Shown here: positions 49,488-62,794 of the stretch, one piece after another | Numbering within the stretch: position 1 is the first letter of the stretch | Layout of the letters: the number at the start of each line of letters is the position of its first letter | Made by a program: the position numbers and the translations under genes | NCBI GenBank assembly: GCA_038496445.1 | Contig: JALMLS010000100.1 | Location: 1-64,000, forward strand | DNA length: 64,000 bases | Origin: Trichosphaerium sp. ATCC 40318 | Taxonomy: Eukaryota; Protista; Tubulinea | Direction: 5' to 3' | Notes under the pieces: generated by a model | What the model was told of the DNA's origin: nothing | Database searches by the model: none | The model's input: only the letters and a program-made list of their open reading frames with translations

Positions 49488-52257
49488 ATGTCCAAGCCCC
49501 GTGTTAATGGTAAAAAGGGTTACAGGTTTCCACCTATTCACAGAGCCGCGCGATTGGGACAACTCGACAAATTACACCTTTTGTTGGACCAAAATCCTGA
49601 CAGCCTGTACACCACAGACGCGAAATCCAGATCAACGCCACTGCATCTGGCAATAAAGTATTCGCAATTGGAGGCTAGCAAGCTCTTAATAGAGCGCGGA
49701 GCAGATGTTAACGCCAGAGATGCTCAAGGAAAGAGCCCAATCCACTGGGCGGCTACTAGAACGACCAAAGATTATATTGAGCTATTTATTGGCGATAAAA
49801 GAGCGGACCTACTGTCTACTGATGTCAAAGGACGGACAGTTTTGCATGTAGCGGTTCTGTATGGTTGCGTAGCTACTATAACCCGCCTGCTGGACTTATT
49901 ACCGTCATCTTCCGCCAATTTGAAGACCAAAGAGACGCGTACTCCGTTGTTATTAACGATTCGGTACGGCAAAAAAGAAGCCGAGCAAGCACTTCTTCAA
50001 AGCGATAAAGTTAATGTTGGTACGTCGCTCTGTTTTTTTTGCGTCATTTTACCTTGTTTTTTTTGAGTTGACAGAATATCGTGAACCTTCTTTTTTGGCT
50101 CGCTGTGGCAAATGAACGACTTTATTTGGGTAAATTACTCAAATTAACTTTCTTTTTTTTTGCAGACATTGTAGACAAAAAGAAGCGCTCTCCACTACAC
50201 CACGCAGCGAAGGCGGGTTTGGTTGATACCCGTACGTTGAATAATTTGTAAGCCAAAGGCAATCAGTTGTTTATTTCTTCAGTGAACAGACTCCTTGCGC
50301 GAAACCCAAACCTGGAGTTGCGTGACATGCATGGGCGCACTGCCTTACATTACGTACGTAGCTATGCTAGTCAATTTTATGTTTTTAACACGCCCAAAAG
50401 GCTGCAGAATTAGGTAGTAGTCCATGTACACTTGCTTTACTTCGAGCAAAAGCTAGAGTTGATGCTATTGATAATGGTGTGTACTGATTTATTTTCTGTT
50501 GTTGTGAAATTTGTATTTTGTTTTTACGTCATTTAGTTGGGCATACTGCATTGCATTTAGCTGCGCAACGCGGGCATGATGCTGTTTGTCATTCTCTTGA
50601 AAGTAATGGGGCTGATGTATCCGCTCGATATGACCCACAGTACGAATGACATAATGTTGTCGCCATTCTCATTAATTGTTAGAATTCTTGCAGAGCGCAA
50701 AAAGGCTGCATTGGACAAGAGGCGAATGATGAGAGATCGCATGGATGAAGGTATGACTTTTTTCTTCTTGTTTAATTTTTCATTTCTTACAATTGTAGTG
50801 AGCGAGAGCGAACGGTCTGGAGAAGATCAAAGTTATCTAACCACAGAAACAGTTGCAGACGATAGTATCGAGATTGTATCGCAGTTGGATCGCTACGGAT
50901 TTGTTAAGAAGGAGGGGTATAAACAAATCATTTTAATAATTGCTTATTGACTTTTTTTGCGTTAGTGTCAATAATGACAACCCACCTGGAAAGAGAAATG
51001 GTAAAGATATTAAAAAGCAACAAAAAAAAGAAGTCAAAGCAGCAGATAAGTGGGTGAAGATTTTGAAGAGATTAAAAGATTTGAAACACGCTGATAAAAT
51101 CGCAAAAGAGATTCACAAGGATGATTCTGTACGCTAGAATGCCGCAAACAATCTTGCTATTCGAAGTTGACTTACTTTCTTCTTCCTTCATAGATTCGTG
51201 ATAAAATATGGAGAGGTATACCACTACCTGTGAAGGGACAGGCTTGGCGCTTGCTAAGTGGAACCAATGAAATGGTACAAAAATACGGAAGTGATTTGTA
51301 CGAGGTAAGATTTTCAACAACTCGAACTTGAGGTTTTTTTTATATTTATCCTTAAAGCATTAACCTCAGCTACAATTTTAGGAATGTTTAAAGGCTAAAG
51401 GTAATACGAAAGTGACCAATCAAATTGATTTGGACATTCAGCGCTCTGCGCGATCTCATATTCAGTTCCGCGAGCGATATGGACAAGGGTGAGTTCCTTT
51501 GTATGTATTCTACGGATTTCTGTTGACATTTTATTTTTAGCCAAGTGTCATTGTTCAATGTATTGAAAGCGTACTCTGTTTTTGACCAAGATGTTGCATA
51601 CTGCCAGGGTATGGCAGATATTGTGGCGTTTTTCTTGATGCACGTTGACGAGAATGTACGTTTTGGGTTGTTGCCAGCGTTTTCTAAGCTCGCCCTATTA
51701 GGCTGCGTTTTGGCTTTTAATTTCTTTGTGCAAAAACCCAAAATTTGAAATGGATAATCGGTTCGTTGCTGGTTTTCCTGGCTTACGAAAGTCCTTCCAC
51801 GTGCTAAAACAAGTACTGACTCACTGGGATGCCTCCGTAATGAGACATTTGGTGCGTTTTGAAGCTTTTAGTTTAAATAAGTGTTAACTCTTCTTATTAG
51901 GAGGAAGTTGGCATAACAATGTCTCTGTTTGTCGTAAAGTGGTTTTTAAAAGTTTTTCTCGATTGTTTTCAAGACGTTGAAGTCAATATGCGCCTCTGGG
52001 ATATTTTCATGTGGGAGGGTTACGATCTTCTCTATTCGATTTCTTTGGCCATTTTCCGCTTGAACAAACACAAACTTTTGGAAAGCGATTTAGGTGGATG
52101 TATGACTCTACTCTCTCAACCTCTTGTATGCAACACAGAGGAATTTATAAAAGAAGTGAAGATTTGCAAGGTTAAGTCGTCACATCTTAGAAAATATGAA
52201 AGAGAATACAGAGCGGTACAAGATGCAGAGCTTATGAAAGGACAATCCAGCGTGTAA
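49488..52257 (+). CDS. Ankyrin-repeat + TBC (Rab-GAP) protein
   Basis: TPLHLA/SPIHWA repeats; DRYGF, QIDLDIQRS, YCQGM, LWDIF. Confidence 0.9.
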
Positions 52258-52436
52258 GATAAAAAAATTAAAAACAAATAAAGGTGTATTGTAATTCTAC
52301 TAAGCTTGTAAGTGAGATGGTGATGTGTATTGATTTTGTGGCTGTGAGTTTAGGATCCTCTTTTTTCAACAAAAACGTGAGTTCGGCGTTGAAAATAGAT
52401 GATTTATCAGTTATAAAAGAACACTAAAAACGAACC

Positions 52437-55400
52437 ATGCTGTTACGGTGTGGATATTTATCAGCTCATGTTGCGTGTGCGTATACTCCAAAAGTAGTTG
52501 CACGGGTACAGCGTAAGAGATACACCACAGTGCGTGTCAAACAGAATAGAAGTTGTTTGATTGGTAAAGGAAGATCGTTTAGTACGTTATTTGATAACTA
52601 TTAGGAGCTAACTGTTTTTTTTTAAGCGTCCGTCAAAACAAACAATCTAAAGGTATCCAAGTGGCTTAACGCTTCTAAATTATCGCGTGGGCGTCGATTC
52701 TTTAGAACAGCTCCTATATTTCGTTATGCAGCCTCAAATGACACTACGATCGTTGGAAGCGGCCTAATTCCGTTAGTCAACAGGGTATTTACACCACTGA
52801 ACAGCTTTGTATTTAACTAATGAATTTTAAGCTACAAGAGATTTTTCAGCTCGCGAAGGTAGATGCTGCGCTAGATTTACCTCAAATTGTAGTTATTGGA
52901 GGGTAAGTTAACTGTTTTTTTTTGTAATTGTTTTGCGAGTCGTTTTATTACTTTACAACGCTAACAACACATCAGGCAAAGCGGAGGGTACGCATAAAAA
53001 AGGAAACCTTCAATAATATCTAATGTCCACCAGAAAAAGTTCAGTTCTTGAGAACTTGGTTGGTAGAGACTTTCTTCCGCGTGGTAGAGGTATTGTAACG
53101 CGAAGGCATGTTATTACATCTTCACAACCTTGCCGTTAACAGTTTTTAAGACCTCTCATATTACAACTTCATCGTAGCCCCTCTGGTGCGTCTTGGTAAT
53201 AGAATACTATGTTTGTTTACTTTAAATCAGATAGTGAAGAGTGGGGCGAGTTTGCTCACAAACAAGGGCAGAGATTTACAGATTTTCAACAAATTAAGTC
53301 TGAGATTGCGCTAGAAACTGATCGTATTGGTACGCTTTTTTTAAATCACTCTCACAATGTTCTTGCTCATGAATGATCAAAGCTGGTGGGAATAAAAACA
53401 TCTCAAATGACCCAATCATACTGAAGATACATTCACCAAAAGTTTTGGATCTAACTTTGATCGACACTCCCGGGATTGCTAGGGTATGATTTTGAACAAC
53501 TGACTTTTTCTTTTATTAAACACAGCTGCTAGAATCCAGTCGGAGATCAACCGGCAGATATTGAAATACAAGTAAGTTATACTGGTATTTTTTTCACAAC
53601 TGACTTTTTTGTAGATAAAGCAAATGGTAAATTGAAGACTTGTTAACCAATTGACGCCTAACAATTGCGTATAGGTCAAGTCATACATCAGCAAGCCAAA
53701 CACAATCATCTTAGCTGTTCATCCTGCTAATCAAGGTACATTATACTACAATTATGATTGAGCTTATAAGTCTTGAGATGTGGCTACTTCTGATTCTTTA
53801 CATCTTGCACGTGAGGTCGACCCTGATGGCAAACGAACGGTTGGTGTACTAACTAAAGTTGATCTTATGGATAAGGTTCGACATGATTTCTTTGTTGACC
53901 CTACTAATGTCAAAAAGGGCGTTGATGCTTTACCTATACTCATGGGTGAACATATGCCGCTATTACACGGTTGGATCGCTGTTGTAAACAGAGGACAGAC
54001 AGACATAGAACTCAACAAGCCTATCACGAGTTCTTTAGCTGCTGAGGGAGAATACTTCATGAGACATCCTAGTTACACACCTATTGCTTCAAGATGTGGT
54101 TCTGAGTTTTTAGCCAAAAAATGCAGCAATGTATGTAGTTAAATACTGTTTGTTACACTAAATTACTACCAATAGATGCTCAGTGATCATATTCGAGGGT
54201 GGTTACCATCATTAAAGGACCTCATACATAAACAAAGGAAAAAGAAGCAAAAACAACTAGATCAATATGGTACTCCTCTAGAAGGTATCACAGATTCGCA
54301 AGCTGGTAGAGTACGTCTTATATAGCTTATATTGTGCTCAAAAATGCTTTAGGGATGGCTTGTGCTTCAGCTCTTGGATAAATTCTGCGCGGATTTCAGA
54401 CATGCCATTGAAGGCACTTCAATGGATAGTGACTCTCAAGTATTGTGCGGTCACCTCTCTTATAAGTGCATCGTTGTACTCACCACCTCGTAGAAATGGA
54501 GGAGCTAGAATAAGACACATCTTTAACGAGGCATTTACTAAGCGTATAGAATCCATATCCGCTGTTCAAGGTCTAAAGGTGTCCGACATTAGAACGGCAA
54601 TTAAAAACGCTGCTGTACGTGATCACTATATCCCAGTTGATCGTATTAACAAGCACCACATAGGGGCCAAAACCAGCTCTTTTTGTTCCAGACGCTGCTT
54701 TCGAGACTCTAGGTATAGTTATAGCTTGCTATCTTGTCTCTTTGTTTCTTATTGTTGTACTAGTTAAACGTCAGATAAATTTACTTCGGGAACCGGCTAT
54801 TGAATGTGCTGAGAGCGTATTTGATGAACTTTTACGTATTGTTGCCGAAATAGACAACAAGGTGAGAGTTCTTGTTTACTTGAATATTTTTGGTTAACTC
54901 ATTTTTTTTTTCTCTTTAGGATATGAAACGTTTCATGCATTTACGTGATGAAGTATTAAATGTAGCTAATACAATCCTACGGAAATGCCTTGGAAAGACA
55001 AACAAGATGATCAAAAAATTGATTGACTTGGAGCTATCTTATGTGCGTTTTTTTCTCTACTTTTTTTTTTGTATTTACTTTTTGTTCTTCAGATAAACAC
55101 AAGCCACCCTGATTTCATTGGTGTGCAATTATTGTTAAAGAAAGAGAGTACGTAGTTGTGATGTCAAACATACTTGCCATATTGTTGTTGTTTATGTTGT
55201 GTTTAGTGCTTGAAACTAGTCCAGCTAATGAAGAAGATTTGGAAGGAGCTTTGAGAGCTGAAAGCAAGCCTGTTGCATTCCCTTTCAGTTTATTCTCTCG
55301 TGGTACTTCACATTCTAGTTCAAGCGAATCAGTACGTCATGGTTGTGTAACTGTTTATTGATGATATATTTAGGCACCAGCTCATAAGCCTATTAAACTC

Positions 55401-55762
55401 AGCGATAGAGAAAAACTCCAAATCAAGCTACTCAGTATGTTTAGTTATTTCCGTCAATCTTTTTTTTGTACTAACCTAAAATCTCACTCACAGAGGCTCT
55501 TTTGGAATCATATTTTAATATTTCACGAAAAACAATCTCAGACTTGGTTGTGAAATCTGTAATGATGGAATTGGTTAATGGTATGAAAGATAAGCTTCAA
55601 CCTGAACTTGTTGCGGAGCTTTACCGAGAAGACTTGTTTGAAAGTTTACTTCAAGAAACAAGCGGTCTTGCTGCAAAAAGAACAGCAGTTAAAAAAGAGG
55701 TTGATGCGCTACTTGAAGCCGAAAACTTATTACAAATGTCTGAAGTACGCGATATTCATTAA
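52437..55762 (+). CDS. Dynamin-related protein (DRP1/Vps1 type) with an N-terminal extension
   Basis: [42 protein letters not shown]-terminal GED. Confidence 0.92.
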
Positions 55763-56044
55763 ATAAACATAGATACCCTTTTTTTTGTACAAACTAAACA
55801 AACAAAAAAGAAACACAAAGAATAAAATAGAAATTTCTTGTTTTCAGTGTCTAGAATTTACCGGACTTAGTCAAATAGTCATCAACGTGATACAAGGTGT
55901 TAGAATTTTAAGTTGAAAAGACTTGGGTACCAAGTACTCGCTTGAAAGAATTGTTGATGTGATTATACCCACTTCCAGATTAGGACAAGAAATGTGTTGA
56001 CGAGGTAACCAAATTACCGAAAACGAATAACAACACACATCAAA

Positions 56045-57243
56045 ATGGGCCAAGGAAAACTATCAAAACTCCTCGATAATCCAGCTACTTCAAAGTCTTT
56101 CACAAACGCGTTTGAAAAATACGACAAGTCCGGTGTACGTTTGCTTTGCAACTATTATTGATGAAGACGCTTATTTTTGCGTTGTAGGATGGTTACTTGG
56201 ACAAAACTGAAGCAAAGAAGTTTTTTAACCATTTTATGGACTTGGTAGACAAAGAAAAGCTTATTGAGAACCCTCCTTGGAATGATATGCCTAAAGAAGG
56301 TAAGTAGAGCAATGTTCGTTTTAAGGAAACTGAATTATTGCCTCTAGAGTTTATTGACCAACAATACGCCAAAATGGACGCTAATAATGATGGCACAGTC
56401 ACTTGTGATGAGTTTAAAGCTTTTATTAGAAGTACGTGTTTGATTGCCGTAGCTACGGTACACAAATGCTTTAACTAACCTCTTTAATAGATGAGGTTTG
56501 GAAGTCGTACACCTTTAATTGGTTTTCTGCAACTAGTGCAATTTCTTGGACTGTTGATGACGCAGATTCTGTAGTTTCCTTTATGGCGCCTAGAATGGCA
56601 AAAAAGCTAGTAAAACTTGACAAGTACTAGAACCATTTTTTTATTGTCAAAATACGTTCTTGAAACTAACATTAACCTTAGAGTTGTCATTTCGAAGCTT
56701 AAAAAGCACCACGCAGAATCTTTTGTTGCAGCTTATACTAAAGACTTATCAAATGTTGTAATGACTAAAGAATGTTCTCAGCTAAAAGCAAGAGTAGGCG
56801 GTACGCAAAACAAAAAAAATCTATTTAAGCCAATAGCTATTGTTTGCTGACTTATTCATTTTTTTGTAGACCTTGACACCTACATGTTCAACCTTACGTA
56901 CACACTTGACAAATCTAATGTTGAAGCTAGCGTATGTTACATGATGGGAGAACATCATTCGTACTCATTAGAGTACCTCACCGTAGCAAGTAATAAAACG
57001 AAGCACAATAACGTATTCGATAAATTCATGCGTACATTTGCTCTTGCAAGTGGTAAGAAGCCAGAAAAGAGCGATAGCAAGTCAATGAAGAAAGCAGAAA
57101 AGAGCGATAGTAAGTCACTGAAGAAAGCAGAAAAGAGCGACAGTAAGTCACTGAAGAAAGCAGAAAAGAGTGATAGTAAGTCACTGAAGAAGGCTAAAAG
57201 TAAAAAAGTAGAAAAGAAGGTCAAGAAAGACGATAAGAATTAA
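56045..57243 (+). CDS. EF-hand protein with a Lys/Ser-rich repeat tail
   Basis: DKSGDGYLDKTE and DANNDGTVTCDE loops; N-terminal MG. Confidence 0.75.
57055..57195 (+). repeat. 33-bp coding tandem repeat (KKAEKSDSKSL, ~4 copies)
   Basis: AAGAAAGCAGAAAAGAGCGATAGTAAGTCACTG repeated. Confidence 0.92.
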
Positions 57244-57517
57244 TGATATAATTTATCTGTTTGGATCAATGTGCTTACGTAGAAGCTATGATCCTCATAA
57301 TTAGTTGTAATTGCATTTTGTAGAAAAAAAAAAAGGAAAAAAAAAGAATAAAGAAATCAGTTAAAAAAAATGACGTTGATCATAGCGGCCAAGTCTGACT
57401 TCTCCTCAAAAAATGTATGAACCTTTCACCGTCGCTTTTTGGAAACAAAGAGTGGAACGACATCAAACTGCATTGCTTACTTGTACGTAATTTTATAAAA
57501 AATTGTTTGACCTTTTG

Positions 57518-60030
57518 TTATTTTAAAAAGTCGGTGTTGTTAGCTACTTTTCTTTGGTGCAGCTGCTTCTTGTATTTCTTTCTCGATGTTTTTTAACTCA
57601 CTGTTTGTTTCATTATTAGGAGCTCTCACATTTGTGAGTGTCTACAGAGAAAAAGTTAGTATTCCAGAGACGACTTTGCGGAAAAGTCTTTTTCAAAAAA
57701 GATGAAACTTAAGAATTTTTTGTTGGTTTTCCTGAACAGAAAGGTTGGTTTTGAGATTGTTGATATCATAATGAAAGTAACCACTTATACTTATTACGAT
57801 ATTAAAAAGGTTTTTGATGGGTTTTTTGAAAAGACAAAGGTAAAAAAGATGCAACAACTTTTTTGTTTCAAAAAAAACATCACAAAAAACTAGAATTGTT
57901 TGCGTACCCAAGTACGCTTATTTGAGCTTGGTAAACCTGTCAATATACCACCAAAGTATAGAGTAGCCCAGAACGCATCAACGTGTTGATCATATGTAAT
58001 TGTCTTTGGTATTTCGATTGTAACATTTTCGTCTTTGAGTATAGATATAAGTTTTGTATTGACAATTTCTTTTTCTTCTTCTTTCAGTTTGTTAAAAACC
58101 TTCATTGCAGATGGATGTTTATTATGTGTAAGCCAAAAATTTTCAATTTTTCTACGTTTCATACATATAACAAGTGATCTAGGATTAATTATAGGAACTT
58201 GTTGGTTTGGAGCAATAAAACCACCGCAATGATCTAATGCAACATAGCGAGATTTAAAACGTCTTTCTATAAATTTAATAGCTTCTTTATACTCTGTTGG
58301 TATACCAAATCTATTAGCGAACCTATAGAATAATAAAAAGTCAGACAAGAATAGATAAAAGACAAACAGTAGGAACAAGAAAAAAAATTGGAAAAACGGA
58401 AAAAATCGAATTATTCTTCGTGTCCGTACAGGGTGTCAGCAAAAGTGAACATTTCTACGTCAGGTACTTCACCAAATAATGCGTTGGCTGCGAAAGGTAA
58501 TTGACCCATAAAAAGTGCTTTATGGAGGAATCTATAGAAGAAAGTTAAGAATAATTATTTGGATAAAACAGAAAATTATTTCAATAAAAGGTTATTCAGA
58601 AGAAAAGACCTCAAAGCCTCGGGGATACTGCCAAATAAATTATTTTATAACCCATAATTTAAGAGAGTATTCACGCAATTATTGAGGCAACAAAACAGCG
58701 AAAAGGGCGTAGCAATAAGCCCATTCTATTTTATCAAAATAATAAGAAATCTCAAAAAAACTGCGTACTTGTTGTCTTTAAGTACCATTGAAAACATATC
58801 CTTTAATTCCCGAAGTGCTTCTTCATAGAACCCTTTTTCTTTTGCAATATTAAGAGGAGCATCATATTCATCTACTAATAATATAACCTTTTTATGATCA
58901 TTTATACGAGAAACAAGAGATGTCAAAGTCTTTAAGGAAGTTTCAATGTTTGCTTTTCTATCGTATACAGCACTGAAAGCCTTTGTTTCTTGAATAGTAA
59001 GCTTTGAGTTTTTGAATAGATTAAAATAAGGTTTAAACGATGCTTTAAGCGCGTGACATAGATTTATCCTCATAACTTCCCAAGTATCACCAACAATCCT
59101 TGACATATTAAACCTTATTGTAGGCGTACTATTCATATGTCTTTTGCAGAATTCGGGATCAACTCTGTTTAATCTAGAATTGTCAAAACAAAGCGCAGCT
59201 TCTTGGTGAAGTTTTGGGTTGTAAAATACGTGTATCATTGATAAATTTATTGACTTTCCAAAGCCATGTGGTCGAAGAATTACACCAACCTATTTTTTTT
59301 AAAAGTTCGTTAAAATTTGATGCTAAACACAACTGACATTACAAACCTTTGGTTTCATGTCGTGAAACTCTTTAACCATAAGCGTTTTATCATGATGAAA
59401 TAGGTCCTTGTCAATTACAACGAAGAAATTTGTTTCTGTAATGCTAAGTGGTCTTGTTGGTCTTATTTCCTCCCTACGAGGTCTGGCTACGGCAAATACT
59501 GGTATTTCTCCTCGCAATTCAGGCGCTCTGATCGCTCTTGATAGTAGCTAAGCACATTAGCATTAATTGCGACAAAACATTGTACTTTCTCTGCGTCACC
59601 ACGTTTTAGTGTTGCAAAGCCGTAGCGAGCTGATTTTCCCAGACTGTCAAATGCAATCCTTTGTTTTATGCTCACAATGCCTAAATCCTCAAAATAACGC
59701 GCCAGTTGCTTATCTGTTACTTGTTGTGTGAGGTTTTTGACACATAGTTCTACTGTGGCCTAGTAGAGTTAGTGGTAACGAAATCAGGCTTATTGTGTAC
59801 ATTTTGGCTGTACGAGCGAACTGAGGAGCCAGTAAGAATATTATTAACGCTGGAGCTCTAAACGTGTTTTTAGCTGTTAAAACGCTGTGATAAATTTAAT
59901 TTCGTACAGCTACGTGATTTTGGTCCTGTTTGCGAAAACCTGTGTTGTTTGTCACTTAATACAGTTGTAAACGCACGAACCTGTGGTAGTAGTACAATGC
60001 CGCGACGTATGGGCCCTCCAAAGCCTCATT
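57518..60030 (-). CDS. RRM + AAA-ATPase_like (PF09820-type) protein
   Basis: LCVKNL...YGFATL (RRM); DKT, RPHGFGKSINLSM (Walker A), LLVDEYDAP (Walker B), LYFGGILT. The 5' end is uncertain. Confidence 0.72.
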
Positions 60031-60388
60031 GCCCGTTTTGCTTAAAATCCGTACAACTAATGGTTAAGACTTCGGAAAAAAGTCTTTATGGGTCAATCTC
60101 ATATGCATTTGTATGGTGTCGCAGGTACTCTGAACAATGGACAGGATTCCAATTATAACTACTTGCTATGCATTTTCTGTGCACCCAAGCGTGAGCTAAA
60201 CATCTCGCACTAGCAGAGTGCTTTTCTTTTTTCTTTTTTTTTTCTGGTTCTGAAAACAGTTACGAATATTGTTGTTGCACGTGTGAGACTATTTGGTACA
60301 TTGAAAAAAAAGGTCATACGGAAGTACAAGAAAACTGACACAGGTAGATTTAATACACGTTGTATTTACAGGGCAACCAAGGTACTTT

Positions 60389-62261
60389 TCATGAAGTAGC
60401 AACTTTTAAGCCAGAATTTTGCAACACACGCTTTCTGTGCATTCGCATACGATGCAAGTTTGTTTTTTGTTTTATAGCTTCCATCTTACTACTTTTAGCG
60501 TCATTAGCAAGCTTAAGTTTGTTTCTTTGCATTTCCCTAATTGAAGTAAGACAACGAGAAAAAAAAAGAAAAAAGAATGTAATTTACCTTTTAATAAAAT
60601 CGGGTGTGACTGGTGTTGTTAGTCTAGGCTTTGGTTTATATTCTTTGACTTGTGTTCTATTCAAAGTAGTGTTTGTCACCGCCGCCAAAGGCTTTCTGTG
60701 TCTAAATGATTTCATAGGACTTCCAGAGGCTTGTGGCTTTGAACGCGCTTGTGTCCGCCTAGCATGACTAGGTGCTGCTTTTGTAGCACGTTTACGGTAC
60801 AAAGCTGATGCATTCATGCGGAGGTAACCTGGTACTTGTCGTCGAGAAGACGACGCCTGGAGGAAAAAAATGAGACGGAAATAATCAAAGAGAAACAAAA
60901 AAACAAAACCAAACTTACTCTTACAGCAGTTCTAGATTTTGTTGCTGGATTGCGGCGCGTTTGAGACGTCATATTTGTAGGAGTGATACTAGTGCGTGCT
61001 GTGGAATCTCGTAGGGCTGTCATTGAGAAGTTACGTGCTCTGTTAGGGAATGTCTTGACTGGTTTTGGTTTACTCAATGGCTAAAACCAATTAGACAACC
61101 AACAAAAAAAAGAAGCTAACCTTTGTTCGTTCGCTACGGTTTGGTAGTGGGGCAGACGAAACGCGTGCTGACTGTGCCTTAGATGTGCGCACTGGTGGTC
61201 GTCTTGCAGTTGGCCTAGTTGCCGGCACAGATGGCTTCACTGGTCGCGGTGGTTTTGCACTTGTAATGTGTGGTTTAGGTGCCGGTGGGCGAGTTGTAGC
61301 GATAGATGATCTTAATGAAGGGCGTGCTTTGGTCTTGGCTTGGGGTTGTTGCTTTCGCTTTGGTCGCTCGGTAGTTGTAGTACGTACAGGCTTAACTGTG
61401 TTCCTGTTTAAGAACGCCTGAAACGAAGAGCGCACCCTAGCATGTCTGGCACCAGCAGCTTCTCTAATGGTAGGTTTTTGACGCATCGAAGGAGATGGCT
61501 GCACTTGCATAGAATAAGGTCGCTTGCTGCGTTGCCGATCTGCTGCGTTGAGCGGTTGTGTAGACCGAGATGGACGCGTTGCATCTAGATTTGTCTGATT
61601 AACAGACATTCTTTTTATCGGTTTTGGTGCGGGGTGTGAGGTGGATGGCGAAAATTGAGGTTTTGGTTTCTCGTTACGCTGTGTTGTTGGTTTCGCAGAC
61701 TCCACAACGCGTGATGGCGGGGTAATTATGTTTTTCTTTGTTGTATCGAGAATTTTCTTCTCTTCGGGTGGTGTTGTGGTGATCTTAGGTCTTCGTTTGG
61801 CCTGCAGCGGGTGTGAGCGCAAGGTAAGCAATTTGGTTAGCACGTACGCGTGATCGTAAAGGAGTAAGTAACACGTTGTTCTTTGGAGTGCTTGGTGCAT
61901 CCACGGGAGTAGTACCAACAAGGTGATCTAGAAGATGTCAGTATGTAACGGCTTTTTGAGGTTTTACTTGTAGGCTTCTTAAAAGAGTCTAAGCTTGTTG
62001 GATTTGATAGTAATTTGAGTTTCATAAACGCTCGTTGATCGTCTTCTTCGCTTCGAAACTCTAGACGTCCTTTTAGCAAAAACCTCCGTTTAAATCGCAT
62101 ACCAAACCACTCATCACAATAAGCGTCTTCCGAGTCTTGTGTCGAAAAGTCACACCACTGAGGAGCATTAAATTCATATCTGGGGTCTACATACACATCC
62201 CCGTGCGCTGTATTGACACGATTAGTAATCAAAGAGGTGGTAGGCGCGTACAGTCGCTCAT
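60389..62261 (-). CDS. TPX2-like microtubule-associated protein
   Basis: N-terminal YEFNAPQWCDF...EWF (Aurora-binding-like), basic P/T/R-rich middle, LTTPVTPDF. Confidence 0.6.
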
Positions 62262-62794
62262 GTTCGCAATTGTACCAATAATGGCGCTATGAGTAGTTTT
62301 AAAACGAAAAGGGTGTATTTGGCACGCTTGAGGGGCGCTGGTAACGGTAAAATAGTCGGCGGGAAATTACAAAAATTTTAAACAGTGAGACCAAGTGACT
62401 GGTTTTTTCGCGTATCACGTCAAAGAACACAAAGTCGGTTTGCACTATACAAAACCGCGTTTAAACTTTGGTTTGCATTACTGTTTCAAGGTCACGTGCT
62501 TTTGAGCTTACGCAGTCACGCTATTTATACTCACGTTAACTGTACCGAAGTTGTTTGACAAACAGGTAAATCGGATATTCAGTTTATTAGGCTTAGTCGC
62601 ATGCACCTGTAGTTGGCTTGTTGAATTTTACGCAACTGGTGAGTTGTACCGACTCTTGCTTGCTTACAAAATGTGTAGCTTGCTCTTGTCCTTAGACTGA
62701 CAGTGGTATTTCCTTATTTTACTAGATTGCAAGGAAATTTTTTGTTGGCTTAGTTGTGCTAAGTCACCGTTAGAGACTGACGTAAACTGTTACA

